In this document: positions 60,167 to 64,000 of the stretch, in pieces
How the letters are laid out: the number at the start of each line of letters is the position of its first letter
How positions within the stretch are numbered: position 1 is the stretch's first letter
Notes under the pieces: model-generated
Told to the model about the DNA's origin: nothing
Database searches by the model: none
What the model saw: the letters and a program-made list of their open reading frames with translations, nothing else
Assembly (NCBI GenBank): GCA_003971905.1
Contig: RSEE01000142.1
Span: forward strand, 62,001 to 126,000
DNA: 64,000 nt
Direction of reading: 5' to 3'
Origin: Moniliella sp. 'wahieum'
Lineage: Eukaryota
Program-made: the position numbers and the translations under genes

Positions 60167-60839
60167 GGGGGGAGGAGGAGGAGGTTGCTGCGCACCGACG
60201 GGAGGACGGCAGATGGGAGTCTGGCAAGAGCGGTCGAGCCACTGGAACGGGGCAACCGGTAAGATCGTAAGAGAGCACAGCACGGCACACATATCCCACG
60301 CCACACTGCCCCCTGCGGCGGCCCTAGCATCGAGCATCTAAAAGGGGGTCGTCAGGTCAAGTGGCGCAGTGCTGCGGCCGAGACGCGAGGCAGGAGGCGA
60401 GTGCGGCGGCCCGGCGGCTGAGCGAGTTCTTCGCCGCCTCGCCGCCCCAAGTTCGCGCTGAGATTTGGGCCTTGGAGCCGTGGGATCGTGGGAGCCATGG
60501 GAGGCCTTGGGGGCTACGTTTGCCGTCTGAACCTCCGCTACCACCTTCCGTCAGTTTCGTTGGCGCTCATCTTGATGGCCACGACGCAATGGAATACATT
60601 TTGTACACAACAGCACAACAGGGGGCAGACACACATCGCAGGCGGCTAGGGCAAGCTAGAGCCCACATGCACACATCGTGTACGCAACGGCAGGCAGATC
60701 AGGCACAAGAAAAAAAAACACAGGCAGCAAACAGGGGGGGGGGTAGGTAGCGATAGATGTAGAGCAAGAGCAAGGCAGTGGGGAGGATAAGGTGGGGGAG
60801 AGCAAGACAGGACCGGCGCCACCCGAACCAACGTCGACA

Positions 60840-63800
60840 TCACCTTGTCCGCATAGGCCCCAGCCTACCACCGGCTCAGTCGTCGCGGTGGCCCCGGTGG
60901 AGGTCCTGGCGGCGGCGGTGGGCCGCGAACCCGCGCCCGACTCCCCAAGGGCGACCAGGACGCGGTGGATAGCCCACCGCGTCTCCGCGTGGGTCACGAG
61001 GATCGCGTGGGTCGCGTGGATCACGAGGGTCGCGAGGTCGCGTGGGTCACGAGGGTCGCGTAGGTCGCGTAGGTCGCGTGGGTCGCGCAGGTCACGCCGC
61101 GGCGCATTAGGCACCCAGGGAGGAGGATAATACGGGGGTCCGGGGGGCGGGCCGACCGAGTACGGGGCATGCCAGCGTGCGCGGCTGGATGGGGCGGCAA
61201 GTGCGGTGGTCGGTCTCGCTGCAATCGACGGGCCTCGGCAGCGGCCAAGCCCATCGGTCGCTCGTCCATCGCGGCCATGTTGCTCCGGGGCCCCATGTCG
61301 TCCCGTCGGGGACCAGGAGGGAGCATACGCGGGGGCGGCGGAGGAGGTGGACCGGGTGGGTTGGTCGGCGCGCCGCGTGGGCCCTTGGGAGGGTCAAAGG
61401 CGCCTGAGCCTGGGCCGGGGCGCATTGGCCGAGGACCACCCAAGGGCACGTCAGGTGGTGGCGCCGAGCCAAGTACGGGAGAGATACTGGGCCGAGCAGT
61501 AGGCAAGCCCGCAGACCCGAACGAAGATGATGGGCTCGGCCCGGGCAGGGGGAATGGGCCAGGGGGCGGGGCGGCAGCGCACGGAACGTCGGGGCGGGGG
61601 GAGAACGGACTGGCATGGCTGGAGAGGTCGGCAGAGACAATCCCCCCCGCACACTCGGGGAGGGCGCATGTTGCGCTGCAGCCGAGGGGGAAGCGACGGC
61701 GAGGGGGGACGACGCATCGTAAAAGAAGGGAGCGAATTAAGCGGAGACTTCTTCTTGGGAGGCGCAGGCGAAATCGCACCATCTTCCGAGGCGGGCTCGA
61801 AACGCGACCTCGGCACACGCGACCTGGGGGATGGGAATGGGCACACTGGTTTCAGAGCTCAGCGAAGGGGTCGGAGCCGATGCAGCAAGCGGAGCCTCTT
61901 CGACACCCGACATGGGCTCAGGCTCGGGGGCAGGACGAGGAGGCACGTCTCGTTCGACTGGGTCATCGGCCGCTGCCTGGCGCTTCTGTGCCATACGCTG
62001 CCGGTACGCAGTCAACGACAGCTTGGTCCGTTGGGGTTCTGGATCCGGCACAGGCGCGGGGACAGGACCGGGGGCAGGACCAGGAGCAGGACCAGGACCG
62101 GGAGTAGTAACGGGTGTTGCAGGCCCAGATTCCTGTGGCAATGCCGTGAGAGGAGCCGCAAGAGAGGCACAACCGCATCGCGTGTGGGGGCCGGGGTGGC
62201 AAGCGTAGGTGGGAGCGGAGGCGGACCTGGAGGAGGAACAACGGCCACATGCGAAGTCTCTGCCGACCTGAGCTCGTTCTCATCTTCCTCTTCAGAAAAG
62301 TCAAGCACGCGTCGCTTTTTGGGGACGTGGAGAGAAATCGACTCGCGAGCCCGCTTGTGGTTCATTCGCTCTGACGGAATGTCCCCGTCTTCCTGCCCAG
62401 GACTCTTCCCTCCCGGCTTCCCTCCCGAGATGGGCGCCGGCGAGAGAGAAGGAACCTGCTCTGCTTCTTCGCTCTCCTCAGCGTCATTCTGCTGCGCCTC
62501 CTTCTGCTGCGCTTGCAACTTGGCCGCCCGAGCCCGCTCTCGCGCCTCACGTTTGCGTTTACGGTCACGAGCGCGTTCCCGCTCTCTCCGCTCCTCAATC
62601 TCCTCTTGAGTCAGTTCCTTCTTCCGTCTCCGGACCGGGGACGAGGGGCCTGAGGTTCCACCTCTTGTTCTTGCTCTTGCTCTCGCTGTGGCTCTTGCTT
62701 CCCCTCGTGCCGAGAAACAAGTTTCTCCCCATCCTCTCCACCCGAGGAAGAATGAGACTCCGTGTCGCTTCCAGCCAACTGTTGCAGCATCCGGCGTACC
62801 CGCACAGCTGCTGCCGACTTGCGAGCCTGAAACGCGCTCGGCGCCGGGTCACGCCGCCGAGACCGACGCCGATCGTCACCGGATTCGGACGCGGGCTGCG
62901 TCCTCCTGCCGGAACTGCGACGACGCGAAGCGTCGCTCTCGCCCGAACTGCTCTCGGCCTCCTCCTCCTCTTCCTCATCCGAGTCGGTGTAAGTGCGGGA
63001 ACGGCGGGGCGGGCGCCGTCGGGTGCGACTTTTGGCCTCGCCCTCTTCTTCGCCAAAGTCAAACATGCGAGGCAAGTTCATATCGGTCCGAAGGGCTTTG
63101 CGTTTCCCCCGGGTGCGGGACGAGAAGGTGGAAGCGGCAGCAATGGAGGCCTCGCGGGTAGCAATGTGTTGTTGGTGCATAGCTACTTCCGTTTCATCAG
63201 CTTCCGAGTCCGAAGAAGACAGCGAAGCCTTGATCCGCGTTCCTTGCACCCGCTTCTTGAGCGGTAAGACACTGTGGGTGCATCGATCACCATAGCTTTC
63301 GCCGGTGGCGTATGCGCCAACTTGGGCAACGAAAGAATCGTCTCGTCCGCCGTAGGATCGGTTGGAACCTCATCGTACTCTGGGTCGCTCAGCCCCGATA
63401 GGGGGTCGGTGTCATATGCTTGCTCAGGCGTGGGCGAAGGGACGCGAGAACGCGAACGAGAAGCCGAACGCGAGGTTGGGCCGAAGGCGGAGCCTAGTGT
63501 CTCGGGATCAATTGGGCCCGATGAAGGGACAGGGAAAGAACTGCGGCCCCTGCTGGCACGTCCCTTGCTAGCAAGCCAGCCGCGACGCTGGTCGAGCAAC
63601 GGTCGAAAATCAGGGGGTTTCGGCCGACGCTTTCGATCGTTTCCTGTCGGCAGGTCAGGTGCAGCTGCCAAAGGGTCCACGATTGTTTGCGACAGAACAG
63701 ACGCTGCAGCCGCATCCAGAAGTGGCATGCCTTGTCCCACACGTAGCATCTGGGCTACTGCGCAATCTTGCCTCCGGGCCAGGTTGGACGCTGTCGTCCC

Positions 63801-64000
63801 GCCGCCTGCCGAGGCTCCCACTGCGTTCCCAACACAGGCGCAGAGTGTCGAACCAAGCAAGTCTCGACTCGCTGCATTCATCCGCCGGCTAAGCAATGTG
63901 CCTTCATAAGGGAAGTCCCCCTTCGCCGCCAAGGCTGTGTGCGCAGCGGCGCGCTCTGTAGGGGTCAAAGAGACGCCCATTCCATCGGATGGTGTGAACG
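60840..64000 (-). CDS. 3' part of a large low-complexity nuclear protein entering from the right edge; possibly Set3-like chromatin protein
   Basis: Continuous coding-like minus-strand frames. Cys cluster LCACV..DCAV (post-SET-like), acidic and basic tracts, RTKLSLTAYRQR motif, PPKGPR and (RDP)n tail. No SET or PHD core is visible inside the window. Confidence 0.45.
60987..61097 (-). repeat. Imperfect 9-bp coding tandem repeat encoding (RDP/RDL)n
   Basis: About a dozen units of the gggtcgcgt/gggtcacga/aggtcgcgt type on the plus strand. Confidence 0.8.

Noticed and set aside
60987..61097. Short regularly spaced repeats as a CRISPR-like array
   Set aside because: They are contiguous 9-bp coding repeats with no unique spacers, in a eukaryotic gene. 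No CRISPR array or cas gene was seen anywhere in the window.

Overview
A GC-rich, gene-dense segment of a fungal nuclear genome. Short GT-AG introns (GTACGT/GTGCGT/GTGAGT donors, CTRAC branch sites) and gene content suggest a basidiomycete, probably Ustilaginomycotina (inference). Many conserved genes carry 1-nt indels typical of an unpolished long-read assembly, so CDS ends are approximate. Recognisable genes are an NCE102-like MARVEL protein, a WW/FF-domain protein, PDS5, UBC6, a LURP/Tub_2-like protein, DEF1, ARP2, UTP5, MYG1, MET2, two aldo-keto reductases, a TilS-like PP-loop enzyme, SPA2, malic enzyme and two intron-containing tRNAs (Ser-CGA, Ile-AAT). There is also a Ty3/Gypsy RT relic and a decayed fragment of the complex I 75-kDa subunit. 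The best candidate for an undescribed system is a tandem gene pair (26840-29209 and 30376-32381). Each gene appears to encode four highly divergent dynein-light-chain (LC8/DYNLL)-like domains. Three phase-1 introns fall at the same position in different repeats, the linkers carry QT motifs of the type LC8 binds, and the C-termini look like peroxisomal PTS1 signals (-SKL, -PHL). Also notable are an intronless bacterial-type MarR-GNAT fusion (candidate horizontal transfer) and the TilS-like gene lying head-to-head against a tRNA-Ile gene. All family assignments come from motif recognition by eye, not database searches.
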